This document shows positions 1 through 9,285 of a stretch of DNA of 64,000 nucleotides, in pieces. The notes below the pieces were generated by a model that was not told the origin of the DNA, made no database searches, and saw only the letters and a list, made by a program, of their open reading frames with translations. Source of the DNA: a virus (lineage: Duplodnaviria > Caudoviricetes); IMG/VR virus record IMGVR_UViG_3300044259_000026, positions 1-64,000 of that record. The stretch is one strand, 5' to 3'. Made by a program: the position numbers and the translations under genes. Every line of letters starts with the position of its first letter. Position 1 is the stretch's first letter.

Positions 1-6
1 TCCATC

Positions 7-771
7 ATGGGTACTAAAATTGTAGCTCGCGGTAGCCTTGCTCCTTGGGATAGCAAGGTCGTTGTTCCTGTAAACGATAAGTTGGAAGGTTGGTTCACCT
101 TCGACACGGACGCCCGCCGTCTGGCAGTTAACCGAGCCATTGGTAAGCCCAATGGTTCTGTAAGTGGCACTCCGACGATCTTCCCGGGCTATGCCCGCTT
201 CACGGGTAAGTCGAACTGGGTTCAGACCGAGATCGATGAAACTGAAGACATGACCATGATTGTCGTGTGTCGTGCTGTTGCCCCTGTTGGTACTCCGGCA
301 GAGAACGCCACGAACCCGTTCTACGTAGGTAACTACGATACTCCACCCAAAGATACCAGCCTTCCGTTCTCTACCCTGTACGGTGCCAGTATTTATACCG
401 GCTTCACTCAGTCGATCACTGCTACTGGTACTCGCTATACCGATGCAAACCAAACTGCCATTACCTCGGCAGGTGCTGCTGTTGCGGGTGCTCCGGAAAC
501 CAACTGGGCTCTGTATTCCTCGGTAATCTCGGACGCCAACGGCACCACTTCGAAGAACCACACCACTGGTATCTCGGCCCACCAGAACAACCACAGTAAG
601 CGTCTGGTTGGTTCTCGGAAGATGCGTATTGGTTCGGCATACCGTGACTTCGGCGGTCAGTGTGACATCTCGTTTGTAGGCTTCTACTCGAAAGCCTTGA
701 GCCCGGACGAGTTGGAACGTGTGATTGTCCCAATCCGTAAACGACTGGCCCGTCTTGGTATTGCCGCCTAG
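7..771 (+). CDS. Putative tail/virion-associated protein, beta-rich, possibly ConA/LamG-like
   Basis: 254-aa ORF rich in G/T/S/aromatics, on the late strand just upstream of the lysis cassette, followed by a terminator. Confidence 0.45.
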   Translation: MGTKIVARGSLAPWDSKVVVPVNDKLEGWFTFDTDARRLAVNRAIGKPNGSVSGTPTIFPGYARFTGKSNWVQTEIDETEDMTMIVVCRAVAPVGTPAENATNPFYVGNYDTPPKDTSLPFSTLYGASIYTGFTQSITATGTRYTDANQTAITSAGAAVAGAPETNWALYSSVISDANGTTSKNHTTGISAHQNNHSKRLVGSRKMRIGSAYRDFGGQCDISFVGFYSKALSPDELERVIVPIRKRLARLGIAA

Positions 772-786
772 TCCGTAACAAATAAG

Positions 787-811
787 AAACCCCACTTCGG
801 TGGGGTTTTTT
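787..811 (+). terminator. Rho-independent terminator
   Basis: AAACCCCAC-TTCG-GTGGGGTTT followed by a T run. Confidence 0.9.
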
Positions 812-870
812 GTGTCTGTTTGATATCCTTCTGGCCAGCAATACGACACTACAACTGCTGGGGAACTTCA

Positions 871-1200
871 ATGAATGAATCTGCTGACGTTCAGGTAGCG
901 CGACTCCAAGAGCAAGTAAAGACTCTCTTCAACGAGAGCAACGGAGTTGCGCAAGATCTGAAGGAGATCAAGGAGGCACTTGTTCAGCTGAACAAAGGAC
1001 TTCTGAACATGAATGCGCGAGTCGAGGGTGTGGAGAAGAGTCTGGCAAAAGCCTCCCCCACCATCGATGAGTTCATCGAAATCAAACACAAGGTTGTCGG
1101 AGCAGGTGTGGCTGGCAAGTATGTCTGGGCCGCAGGCTCCTGCCTGTTGACCTTGCTCGCTACTTCCCGCGAAGCAATCTTTGCATGGCTGTCTCGATAA
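871..1200 (+). CDS. Holin/antiholin-like membrane protein (coiled coil plus C-terminal hydrophobic helix)
   Basis: Start MNESADV at 871; heptad-rich N-terminus and hydrophobic C-terminus; first gene of the lysis cassette. Confidence 0.6.
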   Translation: MNESADVQVARLQEQVKTLFNESNGVAQDLKEIKEALVQLNKGLLNMNARVEGVEKSLAKASPTIDEFIEIKHKVVGAGVAGKYVWAAGSCLLTLLATSREAIFAWLSR

Positions 1201-1430
1201 TGGTGAAGCTCGATAAGAAGTCCCTCAAGTGTTCGTCTGTCTGGTTCCAAGCCATGGGCGCTTTGGTCATGGCCATCGACATTGCCACACAGACTTGGCA
1301 TTCCTTGCCTGATGAGATTCAGGACAAGATGCCATACGGTCCCAAGATTGCCTTGGGCCTTTTCCTGCTCGGTATTGTTGGCCGGGTAATGTCCCTGAAA
1401 GGAGGTTCTCGTGGCGACAATGAAACGTAA
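1200..1430 (+). CDS. Small holin-like membrane protein
   Basis: ATG overlaps upstream TAA; two hydrophobic segments with a WHSLPDEI linker; directly before the endolysin. Confidence 0.6.
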   Translation: MVKLDKKSLKCSSVWFQAMGALVMAIDIATQTWHSLPDEIQDKMPYGPKIALGLFLLGIVGRVMSLKGGSRGDNET

Positions 1431-2007
1431 GGTTGGGATTACCGGTTCCATCATTGCAGCCATCATCACTGGTGTGGTGACTGTCGAAGGTGGGTATGTG
1501 AATAACCCATTCGATCCGGGCGGTGAAACCAACCACGGGGTAACGGTCCAAGTTGCCCGGGATGCTGGGTACACCGGTTCCATGAAAGATCTTACGGTCG
1601 ATCAAGCCAAAGAGATCTACGCCAATGAGTATGTCTACAAAGTCGGCTTCGATGGTGTAGTGGAACTCTCTCCCGCTGTAGGCGAGAAGATTATTGATGC
1701 AGGTGTGAATGCCGGCACCGGTCGCTCTTCCCGCTGGTTCCAGACTTCCCTCAATGCTCTGAATCGGGGAGGTAAGGATTACCCTCCTATTCATGTTGAT
1801 GGTAAGATCGGAGCCGGTACTGTGGCTGCATACGCCAGTCTTCAGAAAGTTCGAGGAAAGGTGAAAGCCTGTGAACTGACCCTGAAACTGATGGATGCAC
1901 AGCAAGCCACTCACTACATGAGCCTGACCAAGCTGAACACTTTCACTGTTGGTTGGGTAGATCATCGAATCGGAAACGTTCCACTTTCCAAGTGTAAAGA
2001 GGGCTAG
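1420..2007 (+). CDS. Endolysin, GH108 N-acetylmuramidase with likely N-terminal SAR domain (N4 gp61-like)
   Basis: MKRK, then G/A/I-rich hydrophobic stretch, then EGGYVNNPFDPGGETNHG; C-terminal VDGKIGAGT peptidoglycan-binding-type region. Confidence 0.9.
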   Translation: MKRKVGITGSIIAAIITGVVTVEGGYVNNPFDPGGETNHGVTVQVARDAGYTGSMKDLTVDQAKEIYANEYVYKVGFDGVVELSPAVGEKIIDAGVNAGTGRSSRWFQTSLNALNRGGKDYPPIHVDGKIGAGTVAAYASLQKVRGKVKACELTLKLMDAQQATHYMSLTKLNTFTVGWVDHRIGNVPLSKCKEG

Positions 2008-2009
2008 GC

Positions 2010-2528
2010 ATGCCAATTCTCGACAAGCTTGGAATTCCTCTTCTGGTTGGTTCCTTGCTTGTCGGGAGTTCTATCCTCCTGTTCAAGTTCGGAGAATCCC
2101 AAGGTTCTGCTGCTGTGCAGAAGAAATGGGACCAAGCAGAGAGTCTGCGAGCCAAGGAGATCTCTCGACTCCAAGGTCAGCTGGCACTGAAGGAATCCCA
2201 GCACAAAGAACAGATGGAGAACATCACTTATGAACTGGAACAGAACCGGCAACGCTTTGAAATTCAGCGTACTGCTGATGAGCTTGTTTACACTGCTCGG
2301 TTGCAGCAATCGGAAATGCGAGCCAACGTATACCAACGTCAGTCCCGAGGTAGCGCCTCTGAGCGAGACCGTCTTGCAGAGCATGCAGCCCAACTCGACC
2401 GAACTATTGAAGAAGGCCGATCTCTGGTTAAAGAACTCCGAGCAACTATTGGACAACGTGACGGAACCATAAGAGCATTGCGCCTCATGGTTCTGAATGA
2501 TCGAACTCTCCTCAACAAATCCGAGTAG
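2010..2528 (+). CDS. i-spanin (Rz-like)
   Basis: N-terminal TM anchor then long coiled coil; follows the endolysin. Confidence 0.8.
   Translation: MPILDKLGIPLLVGSLLVGSSILLFKFGESQGSAAVQKKWDQAESLRAKEISRLQGQLALKESQHKEQMENITYELEQNRQRFEIQRTADELVYTARLQQSEMRANVYQRQSRGSASERDRLAEHAAQLDRTIEEGRSLVKELRATIGQRDGTIRALRLMVLNDRTLLNKSE
2230..2472 (+). CDS. o-spanin (Rz1-like lipoprotein) embedded in the i-spanin gene
   Basis: Alternate-frame ORF with lipobox LLG-C followed by a Pro-containing segment. Confidence 0.8.
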   Translation: MNWNRTGNALKFSVLLMSLFTLLGCSNRKCEPTYTNVSPEVAPLSETVLQSMQPNSTELLKKADLWLKNSEQLLDNVTEP

Positions 2529-2533
2529 GCACA

Positions 2534-4822
2534 ATGGAAGATAATGCACCGCAACCGTCTGATGTAAGTCAGCGTCGCTTGACGGACTGGCCTGTAGAAC
2601 CTGACATCAAACTGATGAAACAGGATTTGGAATCTGGCCGCCAGTCTCACCAAGCCCAGATGACGAAAATCCAGCACTGGAATGACCTGATGTATATCCG
2701 CAATGGGGTGAAACCCAAGGCGGTAAAGGGACGTTCTCAAGTGCAACCCAAGCTGATTCGTCAGCAGGCTGAGTGGCGATACTCTGCGCTGACTGAGCCT
2801 TTCCTTGGTTCCAACAAACTGTTCAAGATCAGCCCGACTACCTTTGAGGATGCCGATGCTGCTCGCCAGAACGAACTGGTGCTTAACTGGCAGTTCCGAA
2901 CCAAGCTCAATCGGATCAAGCTGATTGATGACTTCGTTCGTTCCACTGTGGACGAAGGTACGTGCATTCTGCGTACTGGCTGGAAGCGCATCACGGTTCA
3001 AGTGATGGAAGAGGTTCCGGTTTACGAGTTCTTCCAAGTCACCAACGATCAGCAAATTGCTGAACTGCAAGCTGGTCTGGAAGCCCGTCAAGCTGACATC
3101 CGTCACTACAAAGAAAACACCCCTGAGCTGATCCAGCAGGCGGTGGAGTACTTTATCGAGAATCAGGTTCCGGTCTATGCCGTTCAGACTGGTACTGAGA
3201 AAGTGCCGACTGAAAAGGTCATCGAGAACCGTCCTACTGTTGATGTGGTCAACCCGAACAACGTAGTGATCGACCCGTCCTGCAACGGTGACATCGACAA
3301 GGCCATGTTTGCCGTCTACTCGTTCGAGACCAGCAAGGCTGCCCTGCTCAAGGAACCAAACCGCTACAAGAACTTGGACTTCGTGAACTGGGAAGGTGCT
3401 ACCCCTCTGGGTGAGCCTAACCACGATTCCACTACCCCCAACGACTTCAACTTCACCGACTCGCTGCGTAAGAAAGTCGTGGCCTATGAGTACTGGGGTT
3501 TCCAAGACATTACTGGCGACGGCAAGCTGACCCCGATTGTCTGTACTTGGATCGGTGATGTGATGATCCGCTTGGAGGAGAACCCATTCCCAGACGGCAA
3601 GCTTCCGTTTGTGGTGGTTCCTTACCTGCCGGTCAAGCGCGATCTGTATGGTGAGCCTGATGCTGAACTTCTGGAAGATCACCAGAAGATCTTGGGTGCT
3701 ATCACCCGAGGCATGATTGATCTCCTGGGCCGCTCTGCCAACAGTCAGCAAGGTACGCCGAAAGGCATGCTCGATGCTCTGAATAAACGTCGTTTCGACA
3801 ACGGTCAGGACTATGAGTACAACCCGAACATCAACCCACAGATTGGCCTGATCGAGCACAAGTACCCTGAGTTGCCTCAGTCTGCTCTGCTCATGTTGAA
3901 CCTTCAGAACCAACAGGCAGAAGCACTTACTGGGGTGAAGTCCTTTGGTGGCGGTCTGTCGGGTGAAGCTTACGGTGATGTGGCTGCTGGTATTCGTGGA
4001 GTATTGGATGCAGCGTCCAAGCGTGAGATGGCGATTCTTCGTCGTCTGGCCAAAGGCATGACGGATGTAGCTACCAAGCTGATTTCAATGAACGCTGTGT
4101 TCATGTCGGAAGAGGAAGTTGTCCGGGTCACCAACCAAGAGTTCGTCACGGTTCGTCGTGAAGATCTGGAAGGTAACTTTGACCTTGAGACGGACATCTC
4201 CACTGCTGAAGTGGACAATGCCAAGTCTCAGGATCTGGCATTCATGCTGCAAACCCTCGGTCCGAATGCAGATTCCAGCTTTGTCATGCTCATTCTGGCC
4301 GAGATTGCTGACCTCAAACGGATGCCTGAATTGGCTGAGAAGATCCGCAAGTTCCGTCCGCAACCGACTCCGGAAGAGCAGCGTATGCAGGAACTGGCCA
4401 TTCAGAAACTGGAGCTGGAGAACCAGAAGTTGCAATCTGAGATTCAACTCAACACTGCCAAAGCCAGCGAAGTTCAGGCCAACACTGACCTTAAGAACCT
4501 CGAATACGTTGAGCAGGAATCGGGCACCAAACATGCCCGTGAGATGGAGAAACAGAAAGCCCAAGCTCAAGGTAACCAGAATCTTCAAGTCACTAAAGCA
4601 CTCACTACTCCTACCAAGGAAGGTGAGAAGAAGCCTGATGTCGAAGCTGCAATCGGGTTCAACTATGCTAGTGATAAATTGGACGAAGCTGGACAGGGTT
4701 TGGGCAACACTAGTATGATCCAACGCGACCAAGCAGCATCTGTTGATCCAACTCGAAACCTTCGCTCTGCGAACTTCGATCCTCAACAAGATCCTGCACT
4801 CAACCCAGCAATTAATATCTAA
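2534..4822 (+). CDS. Portal protein (N4 gp59-like)
   Basis: 762 aa; [25 protein letters not shown] and [12 protein letters not shown] are typical of N4-like portals; synteny. Confidence 0.92.
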   Translation: MEDNAPQPSDVSQRRLTDWPVEPDIKLMKQDLESGRQSHQAQMTKIQHWNDLMYIRNGVKPKAVKGRSQVQPKLIRQQAEWRYSALTEPFLGSNKLFKISPTTFEDADAARQNELVLNWQFRTKLNRIKLIDDFVRSTVDEGTCILRTGWKRITVQVMEEVPVYEFFQVTNDQQIAELQAGLEARQADIRHYKENTPELIQQAVEYFIENQVPVYAVQTGTEKVPTEKVIENRPTVDVVNPNNVVIDPSCNGDIDKAMFAVYSFETSKAALLKEPNRYKNLDFVNWEGATPLGEPNHDSTTPNDFNFTDSLRKKVVAYEYWGFQDITGDGKLTPIVCTWIGDVMIRLEENPFPDGKLPFVVVPYLPVKRDLYGEPDAELLEDHQKILGAITRGMIDLLGRSANSQQGTPKGMLDALNKRRFDNGQDYEYNPNINPQIGLIEHKYPELPQSALLMLNLQNQQAEALTGVKSFGGGLSGEAYGDVAAGIRGVLDAASKREMAILRRLAKGMTDVATKLISMNAVFMSEEEVVRVTNQEFVTVRREDLEGNFDLETDISTAEVDNAKSQDLAFMLQTLGPNADSSFVMLILAEIADLKRMPELAEKIRKFRPQPTPEEQRMQELAIQKLELENQKLQSEIQLNTAKASEVQANTDLKNLEYVEQESGTKHAREMEKQKAQAQGNQNLQVTKALTTPTKEGEKKPDVEAAIGFNYASDKLDEAGQGLGNTSMIQRDQAASVDPTRNLRSANFDPQQDPALNPAINI

Positions 4823-4836
4823 AGGACCAATCAGCC

Positions 4837-5199
4837 ATGTCTGAAGTCGAACAACGTATCTCTGCTCTCGAACGCCAGCTCAAGCAAGGTGAAGACCAAA
4901 TGGAACTTCGTGCAGCCGCTCAGCGACTGTACAAGAACCGAGACTTCCGCAAGCTGATCGTCGAGTGCTTCATGCGTGATGAGGCTGCTCGCTATGTTCA
5001 AGCTTCGTGCGATCCCGCACTGGACGAACGTAGCCGTGCGGATGCTCTCGCCATTGCCCAAGCATCCGGTCACCTGAAACGCTTCCTGTCGGTAGTCATT
5101 ACCATGGGCAACCATGCGGAAGACCAAGTACAGGCACTGAACTTCGAGCTGGATGAAGCTCGTGGTGTCGAAGAAGGTTCCGAGGAGGAGGCTGAGTAA
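4837..5199 (+). CDS. Conserved N4-like protein between portal and scaffold genes
   Basis: 120-aa helical ORF (LYKNRDFRKLIVECFMRDEAARYV); synteny. Confidence 0.7.
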   Translation: MSEVEQRISALERQLKQGEDQMELRAAAQRLYKNRDFRKLIVECFMRDEAARYVQASCDPALDERSRADALAIAQASGHLKRFLSVVITMGNHAEDQVQALNFELDEARGVEEGSEEEAE

Positions 5200-6350
5200 T
5201 GGAGCTGACTGGCGAGAAAATCCTCGGCATGTCCGATGATGACTTCTCCAAACTGCCGGTCCCGGAAGTAACCAAGGAGGCCGCCCCTGAGGCGGCTTCT
5301 GCCGTTACCGAAACGGAGACCCAACAGGAAGAAGTCAAAGCTGAACCTACGGTTACCGAGCCTGAAGTCAAAGAGGAACAGGAGCAGGAAACCAAGGAAG
5401 AGCAACCTCAAGAGGTTAAGACTGAACCAACTGCAACTACCGAAACTCCTGTGGAGAAATCGGAAGAGCCTTCCAAGACTGAAACTCAGGAAGAAGGCAA
5501 GCAGACGGAAGAGGCTCCTAACTACGAGGAACTCTATAAGGCCCTGCTCTCGCCTCTGAAAGCCAATGGCAAAGAGATCGAGATCAAATCCCATGGTGAG
5601 CTGATCCAGTTGGCTCAGATGGGTGCGAACTACACCCGTAAAATGCAGGAGTTGGCTCCCCAACGTAAGCTGTTGCGCATGCTGGAGAACAACCAACTGC
5701 TGGACGAAAGTAAGTTGGGCTTCCTGATTGACGTTCAGAACAAGAACCCTGAAGCGATCAAGAAGCTGTTGAAGGAAGCGAACATCGATCCTCTGGATCT
5801 GGACACTTCCACGGACCCGCAGTACAAACCCGGCAATCACCAAGTATCGGACAACGAGGTCGTCTTCCACGAAACTCTGAATGGGCTGCAAGCTCACGAA
5901 GAGGGTCAGAAGACCCTTCAAGCAATTCACTCGACTTGGGATCAGGCCAGTAAAGAGATGCTCTGGCAGAACCCTGAGATCATGACAATCATGCATGAGC
6001 AACGTGCTCAAGGTGTGTACGACAAGATCGCAGGTGAAGTTAACCGCCTGAAGACTCTTGGTCAGATTGGTTCCAACATTCCGTTTGTTCAAGCCTACCA
6101 ACAAGTAGGTCAACAAATGGCTGCTGCTGGCCAATTGGATCAAGTAGTTGAAAAGAAGAGCGAAGTTCCTCAAACTGCTGCTGTTCCTGTAGCAAAGAAA
6201 GTTGCTACTCCGAAAGCCCAAGTTGCAAACAGTGAAAAGGCTGCTGCTGCCGCTGCTTCGCCCACCACTGCAAAGAAAGCGCAGGAACTCATTAACCCAC
6301 TCGCCATGAAGGATGATGAGTTCATCAAATTTATGGAAGGCCGACTCTAA
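5199..6350 (+). CDS. N4 gp57-like protein (annotated tape measure / probable scaffold)
   Basis: E/T/P-rich acidic N-terminus; LKANGKEI...QMGANYTRKMQ; immediately upstream of the major capsid gene. Confidence 0.8.
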   Translation: MELTGEKILGMSDDDFSKLPVPEVTKEAAPEAASAVTETETQQEEVKAEPTVTEPEVKEEQEQETKEEQPQEVKTEPTATTETPVEKSEEPSKTETQEEGKQTEEAPNYEELYKALLSPLKANGKEIEIKSHGELIQLAQMGANYTRKMQELAPQRKLLRMLENNQLLDESKLGFLIDVQNKNPEAIKKLLKEANIDPLDLDTSTDPQYKPGNHQVSDNEVVFHETLNGLQAHEEGQKTLQAIHSTWDQASKEMLWQNPEIMTIMHEQRAQGVYDKIAGEVNRLKTLGQIGSNIPFVQAYQQVGQQMAAAGQLDQVVEKKSEVPQTAAVPVAKKVATPKAQVANSEKAAAAAASPTTAKKAQELINPLAMKDDEFIKFMEGRL

Positions 6351-6362
6351 GGTACTCGCCCA

Positions 6363-7595
6363 ATGCTGAACTACAACGCTCCCAAAGAAGGTCAGAAATC
6401 GTCCATCGACGGTGCTAACTCTGACCAGATGAACACCTTCTTCTGGATCAAGAAAGCCTTGATCGAGAGCCGGAAGGAACAGTACTTCATGCCTCTGGCC
6501 ACTGCCATCAACATGCCGAAGCACTACGGCAAGGCGGTCAAGGTCTACGAGTACATCCCATTGCTGGATGACCGAAACGTCAACGACCAAGGCATCGATG
6601 CCAACGGTGTCACCATCGCCAACGGTAACCTGTACGGTTCGAGCCGTGACGTGGGCACCATCACTGGCAAGCTGCCGGTCCTGACCGAGAACGGTGGTCG
6701 TGTGAACCGTGTTGGTTTCACCCGTGTGGAACTGGAAGGTTCCCTGCACAAGTTCGGCTTCTTCACCGAGTTCACTCAGGAAGCTCTGGACTTCGACTCC
6801 GACGACGGCCTGAAGGATCACCTGGCTCGTGAACTGCTGAACGGTGCCGTCCAGCTGACCGAAGCTGTCCTTCAGAAAGACCTGCTGGCCGCTGCCGGTA
6901 CTATCGTTTACGCCGGTGCTGCTACCCAAGACAGCGAGATCACCGGTGAAGTTGTTCCGGAAGTACCGGGTACTTCTCCTGAGATCCCGGCTTCGGTCCT
7001 GTCGTACCGCAACCTGCGTCGTCTGGATCAGATCCTGACCGACAACCGTACCCCTCGCCAGACCCGCATCATCACCGGCTCGCTGAAAACCGACACCAAG
7101 GTCATCGGCGCTGGTCGAATTGCCTACGTTGGTTCGGCTGTTGCTGAACTGCTGTACGACATGAAAGACCAGTTCGGTAACCCTGCCTTCATCAAGCCTC
7201 AGCACTACGCTGACGCCGGTACTCTGATGCAGGGTGAGATCGGTGCCGTTGGCGCCTTCCGCTTCATCCAAGTTCCGGAAATGCTGCACTGGGAAGGTGC
7301 TGGTGCTGCGGTTACCGACAACCCGGGCTACCACACCACTACCGTGGGTGGCACCGAGCGTTACGACGTGTTCCCAGTTCTGGTCGTTGGTGACGACTCG
7401 TTCTCCACCATCGGTTTCCAAACCGACGGTAAGACCGTGAAGTTCACCATCATCACCAAGATGCCGGGCAACGCCACTGCTGACCGTAACGATCCTTACG
7501 GTGAGACTGGCTTCAGTTCGATCAAGTGGTACTACGGTATCCTGATCAAACGTTCGGAGCGTCTGGCGATCATCAAAACTGTCGCCCCGGTCTAA
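6363..7595 (+). CDS. Major capsid protein (N4 gp56-like)
   Basis: MLNYNAP start; [41 protein letters not shown] motifs. Confidence 0.97.
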   Translation: MLNYNAPKEGQKSSIDGANSDQMNTFFWIKKALIESRKEQYFMPLATAINMPKHYGKAVKVYEYIPLLDDRNVNDQGIDANGVTIANGNLYGSSRDVGTITGKLPVLTENGGRVNRVGFTRVELEGSLHKFGFFTEFTQEALDFDSDDGLKDHLARELLNGAVQLTEAVLQKDLLAAAGTIVYAGAATQDSEITGEVVPEVPGTSPEIPASVLSYRNLRRLDQILTDNRTPRQTRIITGSLKTDTKVIGAGRIAYVGSAVAELLYDMKDQFGNPAFIKPQHYADAGTLMQGEIGAVGAFRFIQVPEMLHWEGAGAAVTDNPGYHTTTVGGTERYDVFPVLVVGDDSFSTIGFQTDGKTVKFTIITKMPGNATADRNDPYGETGFSSIKWYYGILIKRSERLAIIKTVAPV

Positions 7596-7610
7596 CCTAG
7601 ACCACAGAAC

Positions 7611-7640
7611 CAAGGGGAGTTAGACTCCCCTTGTTCTTTC
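7611..7640 (+). terminator. Terminator after the capsid gene
   Basis: CAAGGGGAGT-TAG-ACTCCCCTTG followed by TTCTTTC. Confidence 0.85.
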
Positions 7641-7665
7641 CTACTTACACTGCGAGATAATCAAG

Positions 7666-8292
7666 ATGTCCGACGACAACACTCAAAACGAACTGTCCGC
7701 CGAACTCGAAAGCGAACCAACTGAACTGGACCTGCTCAAGCAACGGGCTACCATGATGGGCGTATCGTTCTCCAACAACATCGGCATCGATACCCTGCGT
7801 GAGCGTATCAAGGCCAAGATGGAAGAGCGTGAACCTGAAGAAGTGGAAGGTGCAGAACCTAAGGAACCTCAAGTGAATCCGCTGACCGGCGACAAGCCTA
7901 CCGCTTCGGGCAAGACTCCTTCGCTGCGAGACTACCTGCTCCAGCGTGACACGGCCCTGATCCGTGTTCGTATCCAGTGTCTGGATCCGAAAAAGAAAGA
8001 TCTCAAAGGTGAGATCATCACCGTTGCCAACGACCACCTCGGCACTGTCCGCAAGTTCGTGCCTTTCGGTGAAGCCACTGATGAAGGCTTCCACATCCCG
8101 ATGTGCATCTACAAGATGATGAAGGAGCGTAAGTTCCTCCAGATCAAGACCTTCAAGAACAAGCAGAACGGTCAGGTGCAGGTTACCGAACAGTGGGTGC
8201 GTGAGTTCGCACTGGAAGTGCTGGACCCGCTGACTCCGAAAGAGTTGGCTCACTTGGCTGCAACTCAGGCCGCAGCTGGTAACATTGGCTAA
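7666..8292 (+). CDS. N4 gp55-like protein
   Basis: LIRVRIQCLDPKKKDLKGEIITVAN...VRKFVPFGEATD conserved in N4-like phages. Confidence 0.85.
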   Translation: MSDDNTQNELSAELESEPTELDLLKQRATMMGVSFSNNIGIDTLRERIKAKMEEREPEEVEGAEPKEPQVNPLTGDKPTASGKTPSLRDYLLQRDTALIRVRIQCLDPKKKDLKGEIITVANDHLGTVRKFVPFGEATDEGFHIPMCIYKMMKERKFLQIKTFKNKQNGQVQVTEQWVREFALEVLDPLTPKELAHLAATQAAAGNIG

Positions 8293-8309
8293 GGCCAACG
8301 GCAATAAAC

Positions 8310-8335
8310 AAACGGCCCACATGTTGGGCCGTTTT
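8310..8335 (+). terminator. Terminator
   Basis: AAACGGCCCA-CATGT-TGGGCCGTTTT. Confidence 0.8.
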
Positions 8336-8352
8336 CATTAGAGGAACATTTT

Positions 8353-9282
8353 ATGGCAGGGTGCGGTGCTGAACTCGAAGCAAATGATCTCATCAATCAA
8401 CTCACGACTGATGCGGCTTTCCCTATTCCCAACGTTAACCTCAATGGGGCTGAGTTCCAGTTTCCCGGTGGGACTGATGGGCCTTTGTACAAGACTCTTC
8501 AGCCCATTGCTGTAGAGGATCTGACTGATGGTCAAGTTACCGGTCCGGGTGTATTCGACGCTCTCATGCGGGGCTTCAAAGCCCACCTGAAAGAGGAGTG
8601 GGATGCCGGTCGCATCACTGGCAACGAATACACCAAGACCTACATTGCCCTCACTGAATCTGCCATGAACCAAGGGGTAGCATTCCTCTTGGGTAAAGAC
8701 CAAGCTTTCTGGCAGGCTCAGTTGGCTCAGGTGCAGGCATTCACTGCTCGTGTGGCACTGGAAACTACCAAGATCCAATTGGCTGCTACCCAGTTCGAAG
8801 CTGCGAACCAGAAGGCAAACTATGCCCTGACCAAGATGCGGATGTCTTCGGAGTCGGCACAGTACTGCATTTCTCAGTTCCAACTGTCCCAGCTGATGCC
8901 TCTGGAGAAAGCCGGTCAGGAATTGGCAAACGACACTGCGACCTATAACCTCGCTTCCATGCTGCCTCAGCAACTGGCTAACCTCGTGGCTCAGAACAAT
9001 ATGTTCAAGGAGCAGACCGAAGCCCAGCGTGCTCAGACCATGGACACTCGTGTTGATGGCACTCCGATTGTTGGTGTTCTCGGCAAGCAGAAGGATCTGT
9101 ACACCCAGCAGATCACTTCGTACAAACGCGATGCTGAGATGAAAGTGGCCAAGCTCTTCTCGGATTCTTGGATCACCCAAAAGACCATCGATGAAGGCTT
9201 GATCCCGCCAAACAGCTTCACCAATGCGGAGATCGAAAAGGTGATGGTGGACATTCGTCAGAAGAACGATATCGGGGTGTAA
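8353..9282 (+). CDS. Virion structural protein (N4 gp54-like)
   Basis: GPGVFDALM, GRITGNEY, QTMDTRVDGTP..GVLGKQKDLYTQQI motifs. Confidence 0.85.
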   Translation: MAGCGAELEANDLINQLTTDAAFPIPNVNLNGAEFQFPGGTDGPLYKTLQPIAVEDLTDGQVTGPGVFDALMRGFKAHLKEEWDAGRITGNEYTKTYIALTESAMNQGVAFLLGKDQAFWQAQLAQVQAFTARVALETTKIQLAATQFEAANQKANYALTKMRMSSESAQYCISQFQLSQLMPLEKAGQELANDTATYNLASMLPQQLANLVAQNNMFKEQTEAQRAQTMDTRVDGTPIVGVLGKQKDLYTQQITSYKRDAEMKVAKLFSDSWITQKTIDEGLIPPNSFTNAEIEKVMVDIRQKNDIGV

Positions 9283-9285
9283 TGA

